From the IMG/VR virus record IMGVR_UViG_3300043104_000334: DNA of 64,000 nucleotides; one strand, 5' to 3'. A model generated the notes under the pieces. The model ran no database searches, had not been told where the DNA came from, and worked only from the letters and a program-made list of their open reading frames with translations. This stretch comes from a virus (lineage: Duplodnaviria > Caudoviricetes). A program made the translations under genes and the position numbers. Shown here piece by piece: positions 18,756-28,575 of this stretch. Positions within the stretch are counted from its first letter, which is position 1. Every line of letters begins with the position of its first letter.

Positions 18756-20756
18756 TTAACCAAAGTTACTTAAATTTGATAATGTGTCAACCATCTCAGA
18801 TACACCAAGAATAAGGACAGGCCCAATAAAGCATCCAATCAAAGCCAATGCTGCAGGAGCAACCGCAATAAGCTTTGCTGAATTCTTCCTTTGTTCAAGT
18901 TCCTCAGTTCTCAACATTTCTGTAATAGTCAACGTCTGTGCCTTGTCCAGTGCCATATCAGAAAATGCATCATGCAGACTAAGAGTATAAACACTACTCT
19001 TAAGTTTTCTCAATAGACGCTTAAAATCATTTACTGGACTTGAAGCTTCAAGTCTGTCCAAGGCAAGCATAGGGTTCGCTATATAAGAGTAGTGACACCT
19101 ACGAATAGCAGCCTTATGAACAGCAGCTTGTTTTTCCAACCAGCATAATGCTTTGTACACGTCCATCTTAGTTTCTGACAATACAATCATCATGGTCTGT
19201 AACTGCGACACATCATTTGTTGCCTCATACATAACAAGCTTCTTACGCATACTAAGTGTAATCTCTGGTATATGCCAACACAGTATTGCTACTACGTAAC
19301 ACACAAGCCACCACCACCAATAATAGTGTGCACCATGGTAGCCTTCATACTTTGTACGTAAGCGTTTCATCTGTTCTGAGGCATCTGAATCAGAAATACC
19401 AGTAATACGCCCTTGGACGTAACTTTGTAGGGTTTCGTCGTCATAGGCTTCATACTCTTCCTGATCCAGCTTCATAAAATCATCATCCATCATTACTATC
19501 TGGTTATGCTGTGTTTCGGTAACTGTCTGTGGAATAAAACTCAGGGAATTGTAATTATTGTAGAAGTTATCCCGCACAGTAATAGTACCAAACAGTAATA
19601 TAACAAAAGCCGCAAGAAACCCTGCAACAGCGTAAATCGGCTTTGCAGTGTAAATATATCTTATGTCTTTTGCGGACAATGAATCATTAAGCATGTTCTG
19701 TAGCTTTACTACAGTTTTATATTTCTTAGGCGAGATTGCATCCACAAAGTCACGAACTTTCTTGTTCTTACTAAGTTCGTCAATGGCTTTTGACTTATCA
19801 ATCTGATTAACGACACTAGGCCTACACGCCGTCGAAATATAATGGTAAGAGAACATGGTTGTAAGCATTATCGCTACATGCATAAACAATCCATAGTACC
19901 CTTTCAATAGGGAAGCTGTACCCGGTATCTGATTTAATAGATACCACTCAAATACAGGCATAATAATAAGACCTGCAAGCGATAACATCTGCAGGGAGTT
20001 AAATGCAATCTTCTGTTTTGTAAGACGCCGAATCTCAGCATCACACTCCTGTCTCAGAGTAGTCATATCCTCTGAGAATGAGTCAGCACCATTTTCATGT
20101 TTAACAGCACCATTCTCATTTACAATGTAACAGGTATTCGCGAATGTTTTGATAATCGCAACCGGATAAGAATGCTGAAACTGTTCAAGTCGTTCGGCAC
20201 CATTTGTATCTGTTAAGATACGATAAATGTTATTCATAGGCGTCTCGAGGTATTTACTCTTTTCAGCATACAAAACCGCTAATGGAATGTTATCTGTCTC
20301 AAGATACTTTTCGCGTACACTCGAGATTGTCATGGAACACTCTTCCATTAGCTTGATATAGATTTTGTCATTTTCTTTCTCTATTACCGACTGATAATAA
20401 ACGTATCCCATAAATCCCATAAGGATTGATACCAAAGCATCACGCATGATTACCATAGATACGACCGGTAGGATTATCATGATAGATACATTCTTCTCAA
20501 ATATCTTTACAGACTCTTCTTTTACCGTGTCAGAATCGTAACACGATAGAGATGCATACATCTCAACAATTCGTCTGAACGGACCACGAATGATTATGTT
20601 GTTATAATAAACAGCAAATCGATTATGCAGTTTCCGTTTTTGCTTAAGCGCGAACTCTTTGTTTTCCTTGGCCTTTGCTTTTGCAGTGAAGTATATAAAG
20701 GCTATAATAGTAGCAACGAGTATGCCTAAGTTCATAAGAATCATTTGCTTAGTCAT
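18756..20756 (-). CDS. Fused TadB-TadC-like pilus platform membrane protein
   Basis: Two TM-flanked helical halves, each ending in a T2SSF-like segment (LRQECDAEIRR; TEMLRTEELEQRK..IAVAP); Tad locus context. Confidence 0.7.
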   Translation of the reverse strand: MTKQMILMNLGILVATIIAFIYFTAKAKAKENKEFALKQKRKLHNRFAVYYNNIIIRGPFRRIVEMYASLSCYDSDTVKEESVKIFEKNVSIMIILPVVSMVIMRDALVSILMGFMGYVYYQSVIEKENDKIYIKLMEECSMTISSVREKYLETDNIPLAVLYAEKSKYLETPMNNIYRILTDTNGAERLEQFQHSYPVAIIKTFANTCYIVNENGAVKHENGADSFSEDMTTLRQECDAEIRRLTKQKIAFNSLQMLSLAGLIIMPVFEWYLLNQIPGTASLLKGYYGLFMHVAIMLTTMFSYHYISTACRPSVVNQIDKSKAIDELSKNKKVRDFVDAISPKKYKTVVKLQNMLNDSLSAKDIRYIYTAKPIYAVAGFLAAFVILLFGTITVRDNFYNNYNSLSFIPQTVTETQHNQIVMMDDDFMKLDQEEYEAYDDETLQSYVQGRITGISDSDASEQMKRLRTKYEGYHGAHYYWWWWLVCYVVAILCWHIPEITLSMRKKLVMYEATNDVSQLQTMMIVLSETKMDVYKALCWLEKQAAVHKAAIRRCHYSYIANPMLALDRLEASSPVNDFKRLLRKLKSSVYTLSLHDAFSDMALDKAQTLTITEMLRTEELEQRKNSAKLIAVAPAALALIGCFIGPVLILGVSEMVDTLSNLSNFG

Positions 20757-20784
20757 TCTTATTTCTCCTTATACATAACTATAA

Positions 20785-21222
20785 TTAGGAACGATTCGAA
20801 TACGAGTAATTCATAGGATTTGTTTCACTACTCCAGAAGTACTCATTACTGTCATCCGGATTATACTTGATATCAAGTGATGTAGGGTAGTCAGGATTCG
20901 TATTGTAGTCAATAGCAAATGTAACCATCTCATTACTATCGTCTATGAAGTAGTAAGTGACAGTGTACTTAGTCCTAACACCTATTTCAGCATAAATGCC
21001 ACGCGAATACAAAACTTCGCATTTATTCACATCATAGACATCTGCGGTTGTAACTCCTGTACATCTCTGTTTTGCTTGATACAATTTAGTGTTTCCATAT
21101 ACAGCAGCAACAACAAGTAAAATCCAAAGTGGAATACAAATGATAGTCAAAATCTTTAATCCGTATCCTGCCAAATCGTTCTGTAAACATTTGTTTCCAA
21201 TTTCATTTGTCCGTACGTCCAT
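20785..21222 (-). CDS. DUF3592-like membrane-anchored protein (paralog 1)
   Basis: TM, then TTADV..Y.VTY, then IKYNPDDSNEY. Confidence 0.55.
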   Translation of the reverse strand: MDVRTNEIGNKCLQNDLAGYGLKILTIICIPLWILLVVAAVYGNTKLYQAKQRCTGVTTADVYDVNKCEVLYSRGIYAEIGVRTKYTVTYYFIDDSNEMVTFAIDYNTNPDYPTSLDIKYNPDDSNEYFWSSETNPMNYSYSNRS

Positions 21223-21225
21223 AGT

Positions 21226-21570
21226 CTAATCCTCCATTTTAACAATAAGATATTCACTAGGATAACTAGGATTATACCGTATGTTTATTGTATCAGGATA
21301 CCCAGTATCTGAATAAGTCTTTCTTACCGAAATTTGTTTATCGCTGTTAACCCGAGCTGTATAGACTACATTGTACCTTGTCTTATCTTTCCAGACTGTA
21401 CCTCTCATATCTTTAACTTCTGTAGCTGTTACAGTAGCAACTGCAGTAGATGTACAGCTTCTTTGCAATCTTACATTACCAGTAATACACAACATGACAA
21501 GAACCGTAAGCACGACTGTGCATGCAACTCTTACCTTGTGTTCATCTGATAACTTGAATCTCTTACGCAT
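21226..21570 (-). CDS. DUF3592-like membrane-anchored protein (paralog 2)
   Basis: TM, then AVATV..YNVVY, then IRYNPSYPSEY. Confidence 0.55.
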   Translation of the reverse strand: MRKRFKLSDEHKVRVACTVVLTVLVMLCITGNVRLQRSCTSTAVATVTATEVKDMRGTVWKDKTRYNVVYTARVNSDKQISVRKTYSDTGYPDTINIRYNPSYPSEYLIVKMED

Positions 21571-21588
21571 GCGTAATCATCCTCCAAT

Positions 21589-21981
21589 CTAGGTCCTGTT
21601 TATCTTTGTCCAATCAACATTTTCACCAGCCTTGTAATAGTAATAATCACTAAGCTGTTTCTGATTGTATTTCACAGTAACATTGTCAGGATGTTCTTCC
21701 GTCCGATATGTTATAACGAACGTAATCTCTTCATTGTTGTTATCCTCAAACGCATAAGTAACATTGTACTTGAAGAATTCACTACTTGAGCCATCACCCT
21801 CATCAGTACATTCATAAGGAAGCTCCTGAACATATTTAACAGTAGCATCCTTATATACTGACTCCAACATACTAGTACTTGGTATCAAATAGGAATAAAT
21901 TAAAATTCCGAAAAATGATGAAAAGAAGCATATTGTGAAAGTTCTCATTCTCTTTCCAGAAGTACTACCTTTTCTTAACAT
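21589..21981 (-). CDS. DUF3592-like membrane-anchored protein (paralog 3)
   Basis: TM, then DATV..YNVTY, then VKYNQKQLSDY. Confidence 0.55.
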   Translation of the reverse strand: MLRKGSTSGKRMRTFTICFFSSFFGILIYSYLIPSTSMLESVYKDATVKYVQELPYECTDEGDGSSSEFFKYNVTYAFEDNNNEEITFVITYRTEEHPDNVTVKYNQKQLSDYYYYKAGENVDWTKINRT

Positions 21982-22033
21982 ATCTTTAGTCTCCTCTCTA
22001 AGTTTCCTTAGACATACGTATTTATGCTAGACC

Positions 22034-22059
22034 TACAGGAAACAATTTTGTTTCCTGTA
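22034..22059 (-). terminator. Hairpin terminator
   Basis: 11-bp stem TACAGGAAACA / TGTTTCCTGTA, 15 nt after the stop of 22075-23436. Confidence 0.7.
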
Positions 22060-22074
22060 AGCTGTCATCCTTAT

Positions 22075-23436
22075 TTAAACTACACAGATTAAATCCCACT
22101 CTGACTTCTTTACCTGATGCTTAAGACTTGCAATCAGTGGACGATTCACAGACATTCCCATAGAGTCGATATCTTCCTGCAAGGCAATATACAAAGCTGC
22201 AGATACTGGCGTAGGCACATCACCAGAACTTTCAGCTGTGTCAAAATCAGATATGGCTTTCTTTGTTTTCTGATAAGTGCCAACTTCTGTCATGATAGGA
22301 GCAATCTGTATATAGAGTTTCCTACATGCAAGAGCAGACTTTAAGTCTCCGTTAATGTGCGCAATTTCTTTACGCTTCTTGTTAATGTCTTCATACGTAA
22401 TTGTAAGATACTCTTCTTTCTTCTCAGCCTTCCCATCAACAGTAACACCGATTTCTCCAACCGGAATAGCATCCCAGTCTTCTTTATTGACGCTGTATTT
22501 CATGGCATCAACAACAGGTGCATTCTTGGTTGTGCGCAGTATAGATATAGCCTCATCAAATGCTGCGATTACATCAGCAGCCATCTCCGGTACAGGTGTA
22601 TCTCTCCAGGCATCTCTAACTTTATCAGCAGTAAATGACCGTCCGAATTTATCGAATAATCCGGAAATCATATCGTACACCTTGCAGTATGCTTTTGCAC
22701 TGTCACTTTCATCGTCAAGAGCCTTAAGTCCATCAATCTTAAGATTGATTTCTTTAAGTGTAAGAACAAACTGTTCTTTCTCAGGCATAGCAACAGTTTT
22801 TACGTTTGCTGCATTCAAGAGCATCCGACGTTTCTCAGCATCTTTCTCGGTCATAAGTCCATTGTCAACGAGAGCCTGCAGATAGATTTCTTCTGCATTC
22901 TCAACACCATTGTCCCGATCATCATAATACTGTCTGCGGAGGACATCACCGAGTCTTTCCTTGGTATCCGTTGTATTCATAATCTCTCCGTAACGAGTCT
23001 TGAACTTAGCACTCTCCTCAGGTGTAAACTCGTAACCCTTTGCAATAAGCTGGATGTACAACTCAGCCGCACAGAGTTTAAGCTCCTTGTATTTCTCAAT
23101 CCATGTATTTGAACCGACAAGATAGCCAACATTAGCATCTACACGTTTTGCCCAGTTACCGACACCCATAATGAGGTTGGCTGCACATAGCTGCTTAAAG
23201 TAAGCTATGTCAGACTTAATTTCCTCAAACTCATCATGCATCTTTGTAAACTCTTCATCAGAGTAACATCCGAGGTTTAAAGCCTCCTTAAGAACATCAG
23301 TACCAATGTTCTCGCCATTCTTAATTTTCATAAGAGCCTGCCCTACAAGTTCAGCGCATCTCTTATCAAATATAAGATTACCGAAAGTTACTTCATCGTC
23401 TCTTAATTTGAAATTGAAACTAGGATTCCAACCCAT
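22075..23436 (-). CDS. Helical hypothetical protein with C-terminal duplication; monocistronic
   Basis: 453 aa; GGAGG RBS; flanked by a promoter-motif copy and a terminator. Confidence 0.8.
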   Translation of the reverse strand: MGWNPSFNFKLRDDEVTFGNLIFDKRCAELVGQALMKIKNGENIGTDVLKEALNLGCYSDEEFTKMHDEFEEIKSDIAYFKQLCAANLIMGVGNWAKRVDANVGYLVGSNTWIEKYKELKLCAAELYIQLIAKGYEFTPEESAKFKTRYGEIMNTTDTKERLGDVLRRQYYDDRDNGVENAEEIYLQALVDNGLMTEKDAEKRRMLLNAANVKTVAMPEKEQFVLTLKEINLKIDGLKALDDESDSAKAYCKVYDMISGLFDKFGRSFTADKVRDAWRDTPVPEMAADVIAAFDEAISILRTTKNAPVVDAMKYSVNKEDWDAIPVGEIGVTVDGKAEKKEEYLTITYEDINKKRKEIAHINGDLKSALACRKLYIQIAPIMTEVGTYQKTKKAISDFDTAESSGDVPTPVSAALYIALQEDIDSMGMSVNRPLIASLKHQVKKSEWDLICVV

Positions 23437-23495
23437 GTTTTAAACCCTCCATGTAAGAATACTCAGCAGGTTAAGAGACTCATCTCTCCCTTACA

Positions 23496-23528
23496 CTGAT
23501 ATATGATTTTCAGTTAATTTGTGTTTCA
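23496..23528 (-). promoter_or_regulatory. Putative promoter TGAA-N19-CATATATCAG
   Basis: Copy 2 of the motif, about 60 nt upstream of ATG 23436. Confidence 0.6.
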
Positions 23529-23636
23529 TTTTTTAGTCATGTGAGATATAATATTTATTAATATTAAGTTCAACAAAGTTGACCACTTCCACAGACAAAC
23601 ACATTAAATTCAGTCACAGTTATCTTCCCTGCTCTC

Positions 23637-24046
23637 TTAACATGTCAGCCATTTTACTGCTTCGGTTTCCTGCAGTGAACCTTTGCCATATCTTTCTGCA
23701 ATATCACTAATTCTCTCTTGAATGGTCATATCCTGACCGGCAGGACCCGTAGTGATGTCTGCATAATTCAAAAGCCGCAGCATTGAAGAGTCATATTCTG
23801 TCTGCACAATACTGTGGTAACGAATCTCATTCCAGAACTTGTATCCTTGCTCTTTTAATAAGAATCCACCTTTCTCTGCATGTTCTTCCGGTCTCTTGGA
23901 AAACTCATAACCAATATCATGTAACATACCAAGTATGAACGCTTCATCCGGATTAACGGGATATACATCGTGTTCTGTTTCTGCCATCTTTTTCATTTTG
24001 TTGCTACTGACAAGCTGTGTCTTAATCTATCTTCTGAAATCCTCAT
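23637..24046 (-). pseudogene. HD-domain phosphohydrolase, apparently frameshifted near its 5' end
   Basis: GMLHDIGY...YH...YAD in 23637-23996. The segment MRISEDRLRHSLSVA (first His, GGAG RBS, ATG 24046) is 50 nt upstream and out of frame. Confidence 0.6.
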
Positions 24047-24129
24047 TTGCCTGTCTCTCCATTAATTAAGTAATTAACCTAAAGTCTAAAATAGGCATTC
24101 TATCAGCTTAATGTTTTGAACTGATAAAG

Positions 24130-24203
24130 TGGACCATATAGGACTTGAACCTATGACCAACCGGTTATGAGCCGGCCGCTCTCACCAACTGAGCTAATGG
24201 TCC
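24130..24203 (-). tRNA. tRNA with CAT anticodon, probably tRNA-Ile2; CCA not encoded
   Basis: GGACCATTAGCTCAGTTGGTGAGAGCGGCCGGCTCATAACCGGTTGGTCATAGGTTCAAGTCCTATATGGTCCA folds as a cloverleaf; GGACC acceptor stem resembles Firmicutes Ile2 rather than fMet. Confidence 0.9.
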
Positions 24204-24209
24204 TGCTTG

Positions 24210-24458
24210 TTACATAAAATGACTACCTGCTAATATAGCATTAATTCTTGCATAACAACGTAAAATATTATTCAAACGCTGTTCCTTATTTTCCTCATAT
24301 TCTCTCTGCTCTTCAGGAGTTAAAGAACCCCACCATTCCTCATAAAGGTGCTCCTTGTACCAAGCAATAGCATCAAAGTATGGTGTTGTTCGATACCATC
24401 TAATCCTTTTCACATAAGCGTGAAATGCCATATTTACGGACCTCCTTATCGTAGTCAC
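24210..24458 (-). CDS. Small hypothetical protein
   Basis: ORF track; likely start at MAFHAY after AAGGAGG. Confidence 0.55.
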   Translation of the reverse strand: MTTIRRSVNMAFHAYVKRIRWYRTTPYFDAIAWYKEHLYEEWWGSLTPEEQREYEENKEQRLNNILRCYARINAILAGSHFM

Positions 24459-24645
24459 GTTTTATACTTGGATACGCAGCAACATAATGAGTGACATTTC
24501 CTTTACTCATGTATCCTGCACTATGCTGTATTTTATTTCTATGTTTTTCATAAAGTGATCCGCCCTGCATACCCAAGTCATGCATAAGCTGCACACGTTG
24601 TGCAATCTTCTTTTTCCTACGACTTCTTCTTTCTGCCCTGTTCAT
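24400..24645 (-). CDS. Small basic hypothetical protein
   Basis: MNRAERR start, common in mobile-element small proteins. Confidence 0.55.
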   Translation of the reverse strand: MNRAERRSRRKKKIAQRVQLMHDLGMQGGSLYEKHRNKIQHSAGYMSKGNVTHYVAAYPSIKRDYDKEVRKYGISRLCEKD

Positions 24646-24650
24646 AAATG

Positions 24651-24914
24651 TTACCCCATATCCTGTTTCTTACATTTAAGTAGTTTACATCGTTTTCCCT
24701 GAATAGCTTCTACACTTCTGTGAATTATTTTCCCTAATTCAAAATCAGTTATGGAATGTTCGAGTATCATTTCACATTCCTCTACCGTGTATTGTTTATG
24801 ACTTCTATCAGCGAACTTTTTACTTTCATCATAATTCTGTTTACGCTGACGCGTTCTATATATTAGCGCTTTCTCTTTATCAGCATAAGCATGTATAGAT
24901 TTTGGCATAAGCAT
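24651..24914 (-). CDS. Small HTH-like DNA-binding protein
   Basis: YTVEECEMIL..TDFELGKIIHRSVEAIQGKR; AAGGAGG RBS. Confidence 0.55.
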   Translation of the reverse strand: MLMPKSIHAYADKEKALIYRTRQRKQNYDESKKFADRSHKQYTVEECEMILEHSITDFELGKIIHRSVEAIQGKRCKLLKCKKQDMG

Positions 24915-24922
24915 CTACCTCC

Positions 24923-25159
24923 TTATTGACCCTTATAAAGATGTGTTTCATTCTCACATGTTATGAATAACATGCTTTCCCGCTTTACAATACTTATGCC
25001 AGTTAGATATGTAGTCATATACTTTTCATCACGCAAAATGATATTTCTTTTCGGATATTTTCTACGCATCCTTGCAAACAGTGATGCATTATTAACAATA
25101 CAGATAGGTATGTTATAGTCTGTATTATCAATAACTCTTTCTATTCCTGCATCAATCAT
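24923..25159 (-). CDS. Small hypothetical protein
   Basis: GGAGG RBS, 78 aa. Confidence 0.6.
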   Translation of the reverse strand: MIDAGIERVIDNTDYNIPICIVNNASLFARMRRKYPKRNIILRDEKYMTTYLTGISIVKRESMLFITCENETHLYKGQ

Positions 25160-25203
25160 TGATTTCCTCCACTTTAAATACAGTAGTTAAGACCACTATA
25201 TTT

Positions 25204-25225
25204 AGAATGGGATTTCTCCCATTCT
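25204..25225 (-). terminator. Hairpin with GAAA tetraloop after the TadA-like gene
   Basis: AGAATGGGA-GAAA-TCCCATTCT. Confidence 0.7.
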
Positions 25226-25230
25226 TTATT

Positions 25231-27090
25231 TTATGCTGTTAGCACGTGAGCCCAATTCTCACGATACCAAGCAATGAAATTCTTTCTGTCTTCACCTTTA
25301 AGCTTGGAGCAGATTCTTCTGAGCGCCTCCTCAGTGTAACCATCTTTCGCTTCGTATGTCATTGTTTCTGGATTAAACTCAATAATATGCCGTGACGTGA
25401 ATCTCACACGGTCTGTTGTACGCGTATAATATTCACGTTGTAAACTAGCCAGCTGGTCGATTGCATCAGCAACATTTTCTGACCGTTTAAGCTCCGGATA
25501 AGGTTCAATCTCGTTAAGCTTAACAATCTCAGAAATAAATGCGATGACACGTTCGCCCTTAACGAAGTCAAGATGTACATTGTTCTTGATTGCATCAAGA
25601 ACAGTTGACATTGCAACATCATGGTTCTCGTACTCACCACAAGCAACAAGCGAGTTTGTAAGACCGTTGATAAGGTCAGCATCTGTCTTTGCATGATGTG
25701 AGAAGATTGTAAATGCAGATGCAATAAGACAGAACTGAATCATACGAGCAGCAACGATGTCTTCTGCAACCTCACCAACCATTGAGAGATAACCATCAGT
25801 CTTCTTCAACAAGTCCTGTAGATTTGCAGCTGATACATAATCCGTGGGCTTAACAGTAAGAACGTTCTTCCATGGATAAAGCTCACGGATAGCCAACTCA
25901 AACGACATCTCCAAGATACGAATGTTAACCATAGCAACGTCCGCCATTGCAGCTTTCATCATTGAGGTCTTACCAGTATTCTGCTGTCCTGTAAATGCTG
26001 TTGTTTGCTCGCCACGCATTAAGTAGTATATAAGTGTGCTCGGTAGCTCCCAATTCTTGATACGTGGTTTGTTAAGTAATTTTTCCTTAACGTAGAGTCC
26101 ACTAGAGAACTTACGAACAAAACAAGCCCAGCATTCACCAGCTGGCGGTCGAATAGCAGTCACACGAGCACCATCATAAGCATCATTTACTTTGTACGGA
26201 GATTTCTCCGTCATTGGTGCAGTCGTACCCCATGCCACGAGCTGGTTGATAATTCGTTTCATTTCTTCCTCTGTACCAAAGCTAAGGAACGAGAAATGAA
26301 TCCACGTAGCTTTAAGCTGTACCCATACAGAGTTTACCGTTCTGTAAGGAACATTGTATGTGCCATCAATCACGTATCGAATAGAACCTGATGTACCAAA
26401 GTTGAAACCATCAATGTCAAGACCACGAAGTGTATCCGCAACACCAAATCCAAATCTATTCTGATAAACAAGAATTGTAATGATGTCAAGCATTTCGTTA
26501 TACTCAAGCTGATGTCCATCAAGTTCCTTTTCGAGAACTTCACTAAGAAAAGTCGAGTCAAATAAGCAACGTTTGTTAATTTCACCCGTTAACTCATTTT
26601 TGATTTCACGCTCTGTAGCGAGGTCATACTTATCACACAAATAAGCCATTGTATCAGTCTTATGCTGTTTCTTCACCATGTAAATAAGAACTTCCCACTG
26701 AATGTTAGGTTCAATGTAGTAGAGGTCATTGAAATCAACAACCTCCATACAATCTTGAACCTCAGGAAGTTCACGCTCAATAATCTGACGAATACACGAT
26801 AAGACCATATTCTTTGCTCTTTCAACACCGTACACACATTCATCAAGAGCTTTGGCAATTGTCCTCTTCTTATAAGACATAGCCTTGAAATGTGTATCTG
26901 TTGTGAGCATTAAGTCATCATCACGAACCAATTCAGCCAGCTCCGTAGAGACAAGTTCACCTAATGATTCTATAGTAATCTTGCTCTTATAGTCAGCTGT
27001 AGGTCTTTCATTCTTTCTTGAGCGATACATAAGAAAGGTTATACCGGCTAAGACAGCAATGGTAAATATAGATAAAACTATTTGTACCAT
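25231..27090 (-). CDS. CpaF/TadA-like pilus assembly ATPase
   Basis: ARVTAIRPP, VRKF, Walker A GQQNTGKT, LEMSFEL (Asp-box-like), Walker B MVGEV, His box SHHAK; N-terminal TM. Confidence 0.85.
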   Translation of the reverse strand: MVQIVLSIFTIAVLAGITFLMYRSRKNERPTADYKSKITIESLGELVSTELAELVRDDDLMLTTDTHFKAMSYKKRTIAKALDECVYGVERAKNMVLSCIRQIIERELPEVQDCMEVVDFNDLYYIEPNIQWEVLIYMVKKQHKTDTMAYLCDKYDLATEREIKNELTGEINKRCLFDSTFLSEVLEKELDGHQLEYNEMLDIITILVYQNRFGFGVADTLRGLDIDGFNFGTSGSIRYVIDGTYNVPYRTVNSVWVQLKATWIHFSFLSFGTEEEMKRIINQLVAWGTTAPMTEKSPYKVNDAYDGARVTAIRPPAGECWACFVRKFSSGLYVKEKLLNKPRIKNWELPSTLIYYLMRGEQTTAFTGQQNTGKTSMMKAAMADVAMVNIRILEMSFELAIRELYPWKNVLTVKPTDYVSAANLQDLLKKTDGYLSMVGEVAEDIVAARMIQFCLIASAFTIFSHHAKTDADLINGLTNSLVACGEYENHDVAMSTVLDAIKNNVHLDFVKGERVIAFISEIVKLNEIEPYPELKRSENVADAIDQLASLQREYYTRTTDRVRFTSRHIIEFNPETMTYEAKDGYTEEALRRICSKLKGEDRKNFIAWYRENWAHVLTA

Positions 27091-27872
27091 CTATCAATAC
27101 CTCTTATAATCTTTCTATTTGGAGCATCAAACAGGAACTGCATGATCTCCAACATTGGTACACGGAAGTTAACGAGTTCATAATCACCAACAATGATGTT
27201 GTAAGCAGCCTTGTCAAGCTCACCATTGTAAGCCAGCTTTGCAAGCGCAGAACTACGCGGGAACTTGTAAAGGTTCTGCACAGAGACTTTCATTTGATCT
27301 GCCAGTCTCTTATCGGATGATACAGTTGCATCATGCTTTGACACAACAATAGCCCGGTTATACTTGAATGCCGGATTCTTCAACTTGCTTATTGTTTCAT
27401 TGAGCTTCCTTATTCCACGTGGCGATTGCTCCATAAGAAGCAAACAGCAATCACAGATACCGAGTACCCTCTCATTAAGCTCTGAGTTTATATCACCCGA
27501 AATCTCAATAAGAGTCAGGTCGACCGGAACCTTTTCGATTGCATCAATAAGGAAGTCCTCTTTCTCATTTTGTGCCATAGTTGAATTGAGTATGTCATAT
27601 ATAAAGACATGCTCATCCCCCGCCTGAACTCCATAGTTAAGGAGCTCTTTTGCATCATCATTGGAATTCTCGACCATAGCCTTGAGCATATAAGGGCTAT
27701 CAAGAACATCATTGGTCGCATAATTCGTAATCAACTCAATAATGTCCTTTGCATCACCGGTTGAGAAAACTGCGACATCTCTGCCCTGCGAACGTGAGTA
27801 TACACCACCAAGCGTTTCAATGAACGTTGACTTACCGCACGTCGGTACCACTGATATCACTGCTACTTTCAT
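27078..27872 (-). CDS. CpaE/TadZ-like (MinD/ParA family) protein
   Basis: N-terminal VISVVPTCGKST; located between the CpaB-like and TadA-like genes. Confidence 0.7.
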   Translation of the reverse strand: MKVAVISVVPTCGKSTFIETLGGVYSRSQGRDVAVFSTGDAKDIIELITNYATNDVLDSPYMLKAMVENSNDDAKELLNYGVQAGDEHVFIYDILNSTMAQNEKEDFLIDAIEKVPVDLTLIEISGDINSELNERVLGICDCCLLLMEQSPRGIRKLNETISKLKNPAFKYNRAIVVSKHDATVSSDKRLADQMKVSVQNLYKFPRSSALAKLAYNGELDKAAYNIIVGDYELVNFRVPMLEIMQFLFDAPNRKIIRGIDRWYK

Positions 27873-28575
27873 CTTTCACTCGTGCTCCTTTCGTAAACAT
27901 TCTTTCATCGATTGATAGGTAAGCACCAAAGAGTTTGTAAAGCTCCTTGATAAGCCCATCATCCGGTACCGGCATAATATGCCGAGATTCCATGCTCTCG
28001 ATGATCTCGAAAGACGGGAACTTGCACCATTTTGTCTTCTTATCATTCAACACTTCCTGAAGCACATCTTCATCCGTCTTCTCGACATGCCACTTGTTGA
28101 ATTCTCTGTCAGAAGCTTCCTGCTTCTCTTCTTCCTCTTCAGCGGGAGCATCTTTCGCTTTGGTTGACTTCTTGTTAGATTTCTCCTTAACCATCGGAGC
28201 AGGCGAACCAAACTTGATAATATTGGTCTTTTCATCCTGAATGATGTAGAGCAAGTCCTGCACATAGGACTCAGATATCCTGTTAGTAAGAATACATAAC
28301 AACATATCATAATCCGTAGCACCAACGTTATCATAAATAACGAAGTCATACTTAAGTGCGTCATAGCCGTCTGATGCTTTCATAGCATCAAGATCAGCTT
28401 CCGGATTGATAATAATCCGTACATTTCTGAATCCACCCTCAAGATCATTCTCAATCAGCCGAGAGAAATATTTGTTTGATGTATACACAGCTACCGTACC
28501 GTAATTGTAGAGAACCTTAATGAGAGGATAGATAATGATACGGGAATCTGTTTCTGATTTAATAGCAATCTGCAT
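27832..28575 (-). CDS. Hypothetical Tad-locus protein (possibly degenerate P-loop fold)
   Basis: Coupled to neighbours; YDFVIYD strand. Confidence 0.6.
   Translation of the reverse strand: MQIAIKSETDSRIIIYPLIKVLYNYGTVAVYTSNKYFSRLIENDLEGGFRNVRIIINPEADLDAMKASDGYDALKYDFVIYDNVGATDYDMLLCILTNRISESYVQDLLYIIQDEKTNIIKFGSPAPMVKEKSNKKSTKAKDAPAEEEEEKQEASDREFNKWHVEKTDEDVLQEVLNDKKTKWCKFPSFEIIESMESRHIMPVPDDGLIKELYKLFGAYLSIDERMFTKGARVKDESSSDISGTDVR

Noticed and set aside
24130-24203. tRNA as an integration (att) site
   Set aside because: No duplicated tRNA 3' end and no integrase found in the window
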